Source of the DNA: an uncultured virus (IMG/VR IMGVR_UViG_3300020685_000001)
Taxonomy: Duplodnaviria; Heunggongvirae; Uroviricota; Caudoviricetes
Length of the DNA: 64,000 nucleotides
Direction: 5' to 3' (one strand)
Virus record (IMG/VR): IMGVR_UViG_3300020685_000001
In this document: positions 1-7,808 of the stretch, one piece after another
How positions within the stretch are numbered: the stretch's first letter is position 1
Layout of the letters: every line of letters starts with the position of its first letter
Position numbers and translations under genes: made by a program
The notes under the pieces: model-generated
What the model was told of the DNA's origin: nothing
The model's database searches: none
Seen by the model: only the letters and a program-made list of their open reading frames with translations

Positions 1-33
1 TACGATAACGAGTGGGATTATTAAGAGGGCAAT

Positions 34-348
34 ATGGAACTCAGTATTATTAAACAACTTAAACAAACCCTGTATCAAATTAGACGAAAACCCAAGCGCA
101 TGGTGGAGCAAAAGATTGTCAAGAAAAAAGAAAAGATTGTCAAGAAAAAGCAAAAGATTGTAAAGAAAAAGCATGAGCAGATTAAAACTATTGTCGAGGG
201 GCGGGAACTGTCACTTTCTCGCATAGCCCAAATTTATAATCTCAAACCACATACAGTATATGCACGCTACCGAGTAGGCAATCGGGGCAAGCTACTCATC
301 AGACCATCAAACCGCACACCAAAAGATGACTTGACAAACATAGTATAA
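34..348 (+). CDS. Basic putative DNA-binding protein with KIVKKK repeats and C-terminal HTH-like segment
   Basis: ORF track; segment LSLSRIAQIYNLKPHTVYARYRVG is HTH-like. Confidence 0.55.
   Translation: MELSIIKQLKQTLYQIRRKPKRMVEQKIVKKKEKIVKKKQKIVKKKHEQIKTIVEGRELSLSRIAQIYNLKPHTVYARYRVGNRGKLLIRPSNRTPKDDLTNIV
110..172 (+). repeat. 3 x 21-nt tandem repeat (AAAAGATTGTCAAGAAAAAGC-like)
   Basis: Units at 110-130, 131-151, 152-172 encoding (Q/E)KIVKKK. Confidence 0.9.
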
Positions 349-359
349 GGGCGTATAAT
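331..359 (+). promoter_or_regulatory. Consensus sigma70 early promoter P1
   Basis: TTGACA (331-336), 17-bp spacer, TATAAT (354-359). Confidence 0.92.
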
Positions 360-399
360 GTAGTTATAGATGGAGTATTAGGTTGTAGGTAAGAGGTAT

Positions 400-414
400 T
401 CGGGACAGTCCAGA
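400..414. promoter_or_regulatory. Palindromic motif copy 1 (TCGGGACAGTCCAGA)
   Basis: One mismatch to TCGGGACWGTCCCGA; begins 41 nt after the end of the P1 -10 box. Confidence 0.7.
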
Positions 415-478
415 TTGTTGCGAATGATGTACCGAGAGGCATGGGTTTCACCCCTTCACTTATCTACAACTTTCCATT

Positions 479-491
479 CGTTCTTTAACAA
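479..491 (+). promoter_or_regulatory. boxA-like antitermination element
   Basis: CGTTCTTTAACAA resembles rrn boxA (TGCTCTTTAACA); lies in the untranslated leader downstream of P1. Confidence 0.7.
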
Positions 492-789
492 CTTGGTAAA
501 TGCTCACGAATACAGAGTGAGTTTAGAGTAGGCGTAGGCTTATGAAGCCCATTTAAGCGGGCGGTTAGTTTCTAAGACCGAGCAGTATCTCTAAGGTTGT
601 TTATGTGTGTAGGTTATGTAAGGGTAATTACTTAGTGCGCCAAAGTGCGTCGGGAAAACCCTAGCTATCAAACCTAATGCCACTCACGATAAACTTATCC
701 CATGCCCTAACCCCTGACAAGGACTGCAAGAAACTAGCAGACGGCAAACAAAATAGATAGTAGGTTTACTGGGTGTTTGAGAAATCCTT

Positions 790-804
790 TCGGGACTGTA
801 CCGA
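790..804. promoter_or_regulatory. Palindromic motif copy 2 (TCGGGACTGTACCGA)
   Basis: One mismatch to consensus; upstream of ATG at 840. Confidence 0.7.
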
Positions 805-839
805 ATACCCAACTAAATCAATTACAAAAAGGACACACA

Positions 840-1016
840 ATGCCAGAGTATTACAAAGGACAACGAATCACCGAGCTACTAAACCAAGTAGCACAAGCAG
901 AAAAGAAATTAAACGATTTAGGAGTAGAGGGCGCATCGCCTGAACTAGCACTAGCATATACAACAATCGCCATAGCTAAGGCGAAACTAACAGCACTACA
1001 AGGAGAGAAAAAATGA
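840..1016 (+). CDS. Hypothetical early protein
   Basis: Part of ORF 777..1016; likely start MPEYY at 840 after AAGGA RBS. Confidence 0.6.
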   Translation: MPEYYKGQRITELLNQVAQAEKKLNDLGVEGASPELALAYTTIAIAKAKLTALQGEKK

Positions 1017-1111
1017 AAGGCTTAGTTTTTATTATGTTGTTGGGTGGTAGCTGGGTCATCCTAGCTGTCTTTTTTATTATGCTTGGAAACTTTATTGGGG
1101 GTATCTTATGA
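1013..1111 (+). CDS. Small membrane peptide (32 aa)
   Basis: MKGLVFIMLLGGSWVILAVFFIMLGNFIGGIL; AGGAG RBS; ATGA overlaps with both neighbours; below the ORF-track cutoff. Confidence 0.55.
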   Translation: MKGLVFIMLLGGSWVILAVFFIMLGNFIGGIL

Positions 1112-1305
1112 GATGTCATCGCTGTGATGAGTTCGTAGCAAAGAAGCGTTGGGCATTGGGTTATCGCCTATGCCTAGATTGTGGTGACGAAGTAGCGAGC
1201 CGAGTAGTTCGTTGCGTAGTCCCGATGCACAAGTCCAACTATATGTTGGTAACAAACCAAGCCGACTTAATCGGCGTTAATCAGAAAGGTGGGTTGGTGA
1301 AATGA
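1108..1305 (+). CDS. Small C4 zinc-finger protein
   Basis: CHRC...CLDC motif. Confidence 0.65.
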   Translation: MRCHRCDEFVAKKRWALGYRLCLDCGDEVASRVVRCVVPMHKSNYMLVTNQADLIGVNQKGGLVK

Positions 1306-1541
1306 CTATAAAAATATTGAGAGATGAACGCAGTCGCATGACTGTGAAAGAACACGCACAAGCAGAAAAGAACAGTATTACCCATCTAATCAAGACCTTA
1401 GCAACAAGGCAAGAGAAGGTGGACTTGATAGCTGAGCGCAATCCCTTGCACTATATGTTTGGTGATTATTTAAGAGTAAGGAAGTACAACGAGTCGTATG
1501 AAGATTTTATTAACCGCAACTACATTGGGAGAATCAAATGA
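1302..1541 (+). CDS. Hypothetical protein
   Basis: ORF coupled by ATGA overlaps. Confidence 0.6.
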   Translation: MTIKILRDERSRMTVKEHAQAEKNSITHLIKTLATRQEKVDLIAERNPLHYMFGDYLRVRKYNESYEDFINRNYIGRIK

Positions 1542-1690
1542 CTAAGAAAATTAAACAAACCACGACAGCCATGCACACAGATAAACCCTATGTGCCACAG
1601 CCACATCCACAACAGGCAAGGATTGATGCAATCAGAGATATACCTAGCCTAGTAACACATAACCCTGAACATACACCGACAGGAAAATAA
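1538..1690 (+). CDS. Hypothetical protein (50 aa)
   Basis: MTKKIKQTTT...; GGAG RBS; fills the gap between neighbours. Confidence 0.5.
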   Translation: MTKKIKQTTTAMHTDKPYVPQPHPQQARIDAIRDIPSLVTHNPEHTPTGK

Positions 1691-1691
1691 A

Positions 1692-1979
1692 ATGAAAGTA
1701 GAACCAGTTAAACCAGTAGTAAAAACAAAACCAATAACAAAACGGACTGAGTTTATCTATCAATCCGAGATTGACCCCGCAGTTATTATCCATAGCAACA
1801 AGACACACCGCACAGTAAGCGAAGCGTTCAGAGATGCGGAGTATGCTTGCTCGATTACTAAGTTTAAGAATGATTGGCAATTAAGCCTTGAGTTCTTGGG
1901 CGAAGCGATCTACGGGTTTTGGATGGTAGGTATGTTTATAGCCATACCCGCATTATTATTTTTTTGGTTGACTAAGTAA
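1692..1979 (+). CDS. Hypothetical protein with C-terminal TM helix
   Basis: Hydrophobic C-terminus FWMVGMFIAIPALLFFWL. Confidence 0.6.
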   Translation: MKVEPVKPVVKTKPITKRTEFIYQSEIDPAVIIHSNKTHRTVSEAFRDAEYACSITKFKNDWQLSLEFLGEAIYGFWMVGMFIAIPALLFFWLTK

Positions 1980-1996
1980 GTGTAAGCTGTTATAAT
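1968..1996 (+). promoter_or_regulatory. sigma70 early promoter P2
   Basis: TTGACT (1968-1973), 17-bp spacer, TATAAT (1991-1996); followed by GTAGT as in P1. Confidence 0.88.
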
Positions 1997-2035
1997 GTAG
2001 TATAAGTAGTAGATGTTTAATGTAGTTAAACCTAT

Positions 2036-2050
2036 TCGGGACAGTCCCGA
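2036..2050. promoter_or_regulatory. Palindromic motif copy 3 (TCGGGACAGTCCCGA, perfect)
   Basis: Perfect inverted repeat beginning 40 nt after the end of the P2 -10 box. Confidence 0.8.
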
Positions 2051-2071
2051 CTTTATTATTTGGAGAGAATC

Positions 2072-2977
2072 ATGGAAACAAATCAAATGCAATTAAACCT
2101 AGAAGTACCAAGCGATTATGCCTACTCAAAAATTAGCAGTAGTGCGATGCTCGTAGACTTATCTTTATCTGTATGGACAGGGCGCAAGCTAGATAAGACT
2201 GTCAGCGCAGAGGTAGATGCAAGCAAGAACACAAAGGGTCGGGCTGGCAATTACCACAAGAATCTTTTGGCGGGCTCGGAGAAACTTGCGGAGATAGGGA
2301 AACTATCATCAACAATCCGTAACTGGAGCTATTCCCAAACAAGTCCTTGGTCAGACGCTGGCACTCGGTTGCTTCCATCTACTTTATTCTTTGAATACAA
2401 ATCGAAGCTATCAGAATACGAAAAGATGTTTACCGATAAGGTTACAGAATTTCTAGCTGAGTACGATGTCCTTGTTTCTAAAGCAGCTTTTCAGCTAGGC
2501 GACCTATTTAACAGGGAGGATTACCCTGTTGTAGAAAAGATACAAAGTAAATTCGGTATGTACTATACATTCAGCCCTGTCCCCGAAGCGGGTGATTTTA
2601 GGGTGGATATTGGTGAAGCTGGCATGAAGGAATTGCAAGATAGATACAGCCAAGCCTATAAAACCCGACTTGATGGCGCAATGAAAGATGTATGGGAACG
2701 CTTACATGATGCGCTAAGCAAGATGTCCGAACGCTTTGACTACGATGGCTCAGGCACTAAAAAGATATTTAGGGATAGCCTAGTTGAGAACGCACAAGAA
2801 CTCACAGGACTACTCAAACACCTTAACTTAACCAATGACTTGCAATTAGAACAGATGCGTAAGGACTTAGAGGGTAGGTTGTTGGGTGTAACCGCAGAAG
2901 ATTTTAGGGAGGATGATGCTTTGAGAACTAATACCAAAAGAGCAGTAGATGAGATGCTCAAGAAGTTTGCAATATGA
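2072..2977 (+). CDS. DUF3150-like protein
   Basis: Motifs LSVWTGRKLD, PWSDAGTRLLP, LGDLFNREDYP, PVPEAGDFR recalled from phage proteins found beside AAA/VWA genes; ATG at 2072 after GGAGAG. Confidence 0.6.
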   Translation: METNQMQLNLEVPSDYAYSKISSSAMLVDLSLSVWTGRKLDKTVSAEVDASKNTKGRAGNYHKNLLAGSEKLAEIGKLSSTIRNWSYSQTSPWSDAGTRLLPSTLFFEYKSKLSEYEKMFTDKVTEFLAEYDVLVSKAAFQLGDLFNREDYPVVEKIQSKFGMYYTFSPVPEAGDFRVDIGEAGMKELQDRYSQAYKTRLDGAMKDVWERLHDALSKMSERFDYDGSGTKKIFRDSLVENAQELTGLLKHLNLTNDLQLEQMRKDLEGRLLGVTAEDFREDDALRTNTKRAVDEMLKKFAI

Positions 2978-3174
2978 ACAAAGGTGATTGGGTATTAACA
3001 AATGGGGAGATTGGTCAGATAACCATGATTGATTACATCAACGACGGAACAGGTCGTTGGCACTTGGTTGAGGTATCCAGTCTACCCTTTGCATCATTAA
3101 GAAGTGAATCGGGAATGTCCCGAATAAAAAAACCAGTAGCAGACATTTTAACCGCAGTAAAACAAGGAGAGTAA
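2974..3174 (+). CDS. Small SH3/KOW-like protein, paralog A
   Basis: MNKGDWVLT...KPVADILTA; similar to 4254..4475. Confidence 0.55.
   Translation: MNKGDWVLTNGEIGQITMIDYINDGTGRWHLVEVSSLPFASLRSESGMSRIKKPVADILTAVKQGE
3109..3123. promoter_or_regulatory. Palindromic motif copy 4 (TCGGGAATGTCCCGA)
   Basis: One mismatch; ~54 nt upstream of the ATPase start. Confidence 0.65.
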
Positions 3175-3176
3175 AC

Positions 3177-4244
3177 ATGGAATTATATAAATCAGTATCA
3201 CTACAAGAGTGTGCAAACTTAATCGGCGCAGTAGGTAGCGAGGTTACAGTCTTAGCGCAAGGCGAAATGGGTATTGGCAAATCGTCAATGCTAAAGATGT
3301 TACAGGCTAAATTCCCTCAGCATTTTGTATGCTATGGCGATATGACTACTAAAGATGTGGGCGACTTCTTAGTACCTAAGATCAAAGACATCAATGGCAC
3401 AGAGGTAACTAGCTTTATACCTAATGAGGAGTTTGGCTTTCACCATAACAAGCCTATTGTCTTAATGCTTGACGAGATCGGCAAAGCTAGCAAAGGTGTC
3501 ATGAATGCTTGCTTACGCTTAATGTTAGAACGCAAGCTAGGTACTTACTCATTGCCCGAAGGCTCTATCGTATTCGCTACAACAAACTTAGCAAGCGAGG
3601 GTATCGGTGATATGTTGCCACCCCATGCACGCAATCGTATGTCGGTAGTGAAAGTACGCAAGCCTAGTAGTGATGAGTGGATTGAGTGGGCGTTGGATAA
3701 TGATGTAGCACCCGAGGTAATCATGACTGTAAAAGAATTCCCTATGATGCTTGCATCGTTTGAGGAGTATACAGACAGCAAGGACAATGAGTATATCTAT
3801 GACCCTCGTACACCTCGACCATCATTCGTTACCCCTCGTTCATTAGACAAGGCATCGGCAATCCTCAAGGCTACTCGCCACTTACCCGAAGATGTTATTG
3901 GTTGTGCGATCAAGGGTACGATAGGTGCTAGGGCTTGCTACGATATGTTAAACATAGTCAAACTTTCTTCAGACTTACCATCGTGGGAATCTATTATGGA
4001 CAGTCCCGAAAAGGCTCAGCTACCTGAATCACCTGCGGCTGTATGTATGCTTGTGTATTCAGCAGTTCAGCGTGTCGAGAAGGACACTATCAACAAGTGG
4101 ATTAAGTATATGTCCCGTATCAGCAAGGAAGCACAAGGTCTATTCGCTACTAGCGTAATGCGTACTCAGAAGAAGTCAGTAGTAGGTACGAGTACCGAGT
4201 TCGTTAAGTGGGCTACTGCTAATAACTATTTGTTTGCACAATAA
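3177..4244 (+). CDS. MoxR-like AAA+ ATPase
   Basis: Walker A GEMGIGKS, Walker B LMLDE, sensor ATTN, Arg finger ARNR, TPRS motif. Confidence 0.88.
   Translation: MELYKSVSLQECANLIGAVGSEVTVLAQGEMGIGKSSMLKMLQAKFPQHFVCYGDMTTKDVGDFLVPKIKDINGTEVTSFIPNEEFGFHHNKPIVLMLDEIGKASKGVMNACLRLMLERKLGTYSLPEGSIVFATTNLASEGIGDMLPPHARNRMSVVKVRKPSSDEWIEWALDNDVAPEVIMTVKEFPMMLASFEEYTDSKDNEYIYDPRTPRPSFVTPRSLDKASAILKATRHLPEDVIGCAIKGTIGARACYDMLNIVKLSSDLPSWESIMDSPEKAQLPESPAAVCMLVYSAVQRVEKDTINKWIKYMSRISKEAQGLFATSVMRTQKKSVVGTSTEFVKWATANNYLFAQ
3995..4009. promoter_or_regulatory. Degenerate palindromic motif copy 5 (TATGGACAGTCCCGA), intragenic
   Basis: Two mismatches to consensus; inside the ATPase gene. Confidence 0.4.
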
Positions 4245-4253
4245 GGAGGGAGT

Positions 4254-4475
4254 ATGTTTAAGGAAGGTGATTGGGTAATGACCAAAGGTAAGAAGTATGG
4301 GTATGTAGGATTTATAGACGACGACCCAAATATGGCGGGTAATTGTTACCTATATTTCTTTAACCCAAATGAATGTAGGTCTTATAACCCAAAAGGTCTT
4401 ACCCTAGTAGATAAACCGATTGCCGATATATTAAATGCAACATACCACGACATAATAGAAAGAGAGTGTTTATGA
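4254..4475 (+). CDS. Small SH3/KOW-like protein, paralog B
   Basis: MFKEGDWVMT...KPIADILNA; AGGAGG RBS. Confidence 0.55.
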   Translation: MFKEGDWVMTKGKKYGYVGFIDDDPNMAGNCYLYFFNPNECRSYNPKGLTLVDKPIADILNATYHDIIERECL

Positions 4476-5659
4476 GCCTAACAACAGTAAAAAACCTTAC
4501 ACAAGAACAACGCATCGAGAGATGCCATATTGACTTGATGAAGTCCCCGCAATTCGTTGCGTATAGTGGTGTGCTTATGGTGGGTAGCGTGAAGGTTGAA
4601 GATAACCCGATGAAGTGTCCGACAGCATATACCAATGGGCGTGATGTTGTTTATAGTCGGGACTTTATATCTACGCTGACCGATGCTGAGTTGCGTGCAG
4701 TTATCCTACATGAGAACAAGCACAAGATGTATAGGCATATTGCTACATGGAAACACTTATGGAAGCAAGATGCTAGTAAAGCAAATCGTGCGTGTGATTA
4801 TGTTATTAACTTGGAGATTGCAGATGAGGACAAGAAGTCGAATGGGTTTGTCAAACTACCCAAGTGTGGACTCTATGACGAGAAGTATCGAGGTCTTAAT
4901 TCAGCAGAAGTCTTTGCGTTACTTGACGACGATGATGGAGGTAGCGGGGGGTCAGGTGAAGGTATCGACCAGCATGGTTGGGAAGATGCCGACTCTATGT
5001 CCGAGGAAGAAAAGCAAGAGTTGGGTAAGCAGATAGACCAAGCCATACGACAAGGTGCAATCCTAGCTGGTAAGGTAGGCGGTGATATTGACCGATGCTT
5101 TACCGACTTGATGAGTGCTAAGGTTAATTGGAAAGATGCCTTGCGTGAATTCGTATCGTCAGTATGTAAAGGTAAAGATGATTCGACATGGGCTAAGCCT
5201 AATCGTAGATGGTTACAGCATGACATCTATATGCCTAGCACTATTAGCGAAACGATGGGTAGGTTAGTGGTTGCGGTAGATACATCAGGTTCTATTACTG
5301 GTGATGCAATCAATCGCTTTCTATCTGAAGTAGTAGGCATCATGAACAATGTGAACCCCGAACTAGTTGATCTATTGTATTGGGATGGCGAGGTTGCAGG
5401 TCATGAGGTCTATGGTCAGGGCGATGGCGATAAGCTAATGGCTTCTACTAAACCTAAGGGCGGTGGCGGTACATCACCTAGTTGCATAACCAAATACTTA
5501 AAAGACAACAACATTGTCCCCGAGTGTGTCGTTGTGCTTACCGATGGTTATGTAGGCGGTGATTGGGGCGGTACATGGTCTAGCCCTGTGTTGTGGTGCA
5601 TTGTCGGTGGTTGTAAGGATGTACCAAGTGTAGGTCAATCAATTCATATGGAGGATTAA
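4472..5659 (+). CDS. Metallopeptidase-VWA protein (DUF2201-like)
   Basis: PTAYTNG, HENKH (HExxH), NRACDYVIN; MIDAS DTSGS, GGGGT, LTDGY. Confidence 0.88.
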   Translation: MSLTTVKNLTQEQRIERCHIDLMKSPQFVAYSGVLMVGSVKVEDNPMKCPTAYTNGRDVVYSRDFISTLTDAELRAVILHENKHKMYRHIATWKHLWKQDASKANRACDYVINLEIADEDKKSNGFVKLPKCGLYDEKYRGLNSAEVFALLDDDDGGSGGSGEGIDQHGWEDADSMSEEEKQELGKQIDQAIRQGAILAGKVGGDIDRCFTDLMSAKVNWKDALREFVSSVCKGKDDSTWAKPNRRWLQHDIYMPSTISETMGRLVVAVDTSGSITGDAINRFLSEVVGIMNNVNPELVDLLYWDGEVAGHEVYGQGDGDKLMASTKPKGGGGTSPSCITKYLKDNNIVPECVVVLTDGYVGGDWGGTWSSPVLWCIVGGCKDVPSVGQSIHMED

Positions 5660-5917
5660 ATGAGTGATGTTGAACAGATAGGTAATTTAGAACAAAAGGT
5701 TTATGAATTAGAAGATGAGGTCAAACATTTAGAGGACTTAGTAAACGATAAGGACTTACAGCTTGACCTAGCATATGAACGAGAGAATGACCTAGAGAAT
5801 CAGCGTGATAACTTGAAGTCCGAAATAAATGAGATGGAAGAAGTATTGGGGTGGATAGAAGAAGTTTATCCGCATATATTAAAAGAGTTTAAAGCAGTTC
5901 AAGATATAAGGAGGTAG
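5660..5917 (+). CDS. Acidic coiled-coil protein
   Basis: Leu heptad pattern, very acidic. Confidence 0.6.
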   Translation: MSDVEQIGNLEQKVYELEDEVKHLEDLVNDKDLQLDLAYERENDLENQRDNLKSEINEMEEVLGWIEEVYPHILKEFKAVQDIRR

Positions 5918-5919
5918 TT

Positions 5920-6306
5920 ATGGGATATAGGTCAGACATTGCATACAAGATTAAGTTCGCTAAGAAGGAGGACTTTTGGGGGTTCATAGCGGAAGCTAAG
6001 TTAGACCCTGAAACAGCTTTATGTTTTGACAGTGAGGAGAACGAAGATAAGTTTGAAGTAGATGAAATTGGTTACGAGATTCGTTTTCTTGCAGAGGGTT
6101 GGAAATGGTATGACGAATACCCCGAAGTTAAATGCCATGGAGCATTATGGGATAAGGCAAGTGAACGAGATGATGAAGGTGTAGAAGTAGAGGGCGCATG
6201 GTGTCGTATAGGTGAGGAGTCAGATGATAACGAGGAGAAATACTTTGGCACAGACCCTTACGATATGGTGCGTATTAGTAGACAAGTAATATGTGATTGG
6301 GCTTAA
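5920..6306 (+). CDS. Hypothetical acidic phage protein
   Basis: MGYRSD start and RIGEESDDNE motif; GGAGG RBS. Confidence 0.7.
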   Translation: MGYRSDIAYKIKFAKKEDFWGFIAEAKLDPETALCFDSEENEDKFEVDEIGYEIRFLAEGWKWYDEYPEVKCHGALWDKASERDDEGVEVEGAWCRIGEESDDNEEKYFGTDPYDMVRISRQVICDWA

Positions 6307-6321
6307 TCGGGACTGTCCCGA
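6307..6321. promoter_or_regulatory. Palindromic motif copy 6 (TCGGGACTGTCCCGA, perfect)
   Basis: Perfect inverted repeat, intergenic, immediately after a stop codon. Confidence 0.8.
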
Positions 6322-6348
6322 ATATAAACTAAACTGAAAGGAAACAAA

Positions 6349-7272
6349 ATGAGTTACGGAAATTGGAATGCACGCAGTCCTTATGAAGTTCAGCGTCAAA
6401 ATGGTAAACCAACAGACTTTGCTACGGCAGTTCAAAGGTACGAGAGCATCAAGCCGTTGATTGGTAAACGCAAAGCGTTAGATGTCAGACCCCTTGGTGT
6501 GCATGACCGCAACAGAGCGCATGAACGCATTGTTAAGGTTAGCGACACAGAGTATTACTTATCATGCACGCATTGGAACTGGAATGATACTCAAATATTA
6601 ACGGGTAAAGATGGAGATGACCGCCACCCTCGAGCAATCACGCTCAAGCAAGAAGGAAAAGTGGAAACTATCATCGTTCACCGCAATCGCTTTGGGTTTA
6701 TGAGTCCATCAGTTTATAATTTTTACGATTTTAATTTGCCAACAAGCATGAGCATGACCAAACATCGGGGAACTACTTATGTCAGCTTAAAAAACGAAGA
6801 AGGTAGATACAGCCACTACACACTAGACAAAGGTGATGTTACTTTCTATCGCCCTAAAGGTGGAACAATATGGACACCACTTCATGTATTTCGTGAGGTC
6901 AAGCACAAGCTAAATCGCACTAAAACTAAAGAGATTCGTGAGAAGCTCAAAACTTTTATTGATTATGCCAAAGTAATGTTTCCATTGGTTGAACCTAAAG
7001 GTGCTTCATGGGGTACTGTATTAGATACGCATTGGAAAGACTTTGTAACGCTTAAGAATCCTGATGAGATTCCTGAGTCATGGCTGACCGCAGTTGCTAA
7101 CTACAAGCAAAAGCTAAATCGTTGGAACTGGACTACAAAAGCATATGACTACAACGAAGCTGGGCTGATTCCTAAGATTCAGAAGGAAGCGTATCGTGTA
7201 GAGAAGCCGTTTGATACAGAAGTTGTGCCGTTAGGTGAGTTATCACAAGACCCATATCGTAGTTGGTTATAA
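6349..7272 (+). CDS. Hypothetical protein (307 aa)
   Basis: Long ORF with AAGGA RBS. Confidence 0.75.
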   Translation: MSYGNWNARSPYEVQRQNGKPTDFATAVQRYESIKPLIGKRKALDVRPLGVHDRNRAHERIVKVSDTEYYLSCTHWNWNDTQILTGKDGDDRHPRAITLKQEGKVETIIVHRNRFGFMSPSVYNFYDFNLPTSMSMTKHRGTTYVSLKNEEGRYSHYTLDKGDVTFYRPKGGTIWTPLHVFREVKHKLNRTKTKEIREKLKTFIDYAKVMFPLVEPKGASWGTVLDTHWKDFVTLKNPDEIPESWLTAVANYKQKLNRWNWTTKAYDYNEAGLIPKIQKEAYRVEKPFDTEVVPLGELSQDPYRSWL

Positions 7273-7279
7273 GGAGAAG

Positions 7280-7459
7280 ATGATGAATGAGATTAAAGAA
7301 GCGTTAGCAGATGTAGATTGGTATATGACATTCCATTGGTGGGTACTGATGTTTTTGTGGGTTATCTGTGGTATTCAGTTATGGAATCATGAGTTTGGTA
7401 ATGTATTGTGTATAGCAGTTGCTATATGCGCATGGAAAATGAAAGGAGTTGAGGAATGA
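7280..7459 (+). CDS. Small membrane protein
   Basis: Two hydrophobic segments; start after AGGAG. Confidence 0.5.
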   Translation: MMNEIKEALADVDWYMTFHWWVLMFLWVICGIQLWNHEFGNVLCIAVAICAWKMKGVEE

Positions 7460-7620
7460 CTACGTTTACTACACAAGACCGCTTAGAAGCAAAAATAAAA
7501 GAACTCGAAGCGGAAATAGAAGCATTAAAAGCTGAGCTACAAGAAAGGTTTAATGCTGGTAAATCATTAGGATTTGCGGAGGGTATATCTAGAGCATTTG
7601 GGAAAGGAATGGAGTTATGA
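7456..7620 (+). CDS. Small coiled-coil protein (54 aa)
   Basis: MTTFTTQDRLEAKIKELEAEIEALK...; ATGA overlaps; not in ORF track. Confidence 0.55.
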   Translation: MTTFTTQDRLEAKIKELEAEIEALKAELQERFNAGKSLGFAEGISRAFGKGMEL

Positions 7621-7808
7621 CAAGCAATCGTGATGGTGGTAAGGGTGATACGCCCCGCCCATTAGGTGTAAGTTTGGAGCAGTTTGATGCTAATTTTGAT
7701 GCTATTTTTGGTAAAAAGGAAGAAAAGAAACCCGATGACTTGCAAATCGAGGTAGATGCTGACACAGATGGACAACAAATAACCATTACTAAAACATGGG
7801 AGTTCTAA
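7617..7808 (+). CDS. Hypothetical small phage protein
   Basis: GKGDTPRP...FDANFDAIFG motif. Confidence 0.65.
   Translation: MTSNRDGGKGDTPRPLGVSLEQFDANFDAIFGKKEEKKPDDLQIEVDADTDGQQITITKTWEF

Larger units (their letters stand above)
366..745 (+). ncRNA. Putative structured leader RNA
   Basis: No ORF in the track; stems 381-393/459-471, 370-374/473-477, 438-445/699-706, 517-522/682-687 found by eye. Confidence 0.4.

Noticed and set aside
400..6321. Palindromic repeats as a CRISPR array
   Set aside because: Only 15 bp, irregular spacing of hundreds to thousands of bases, and no cas operon
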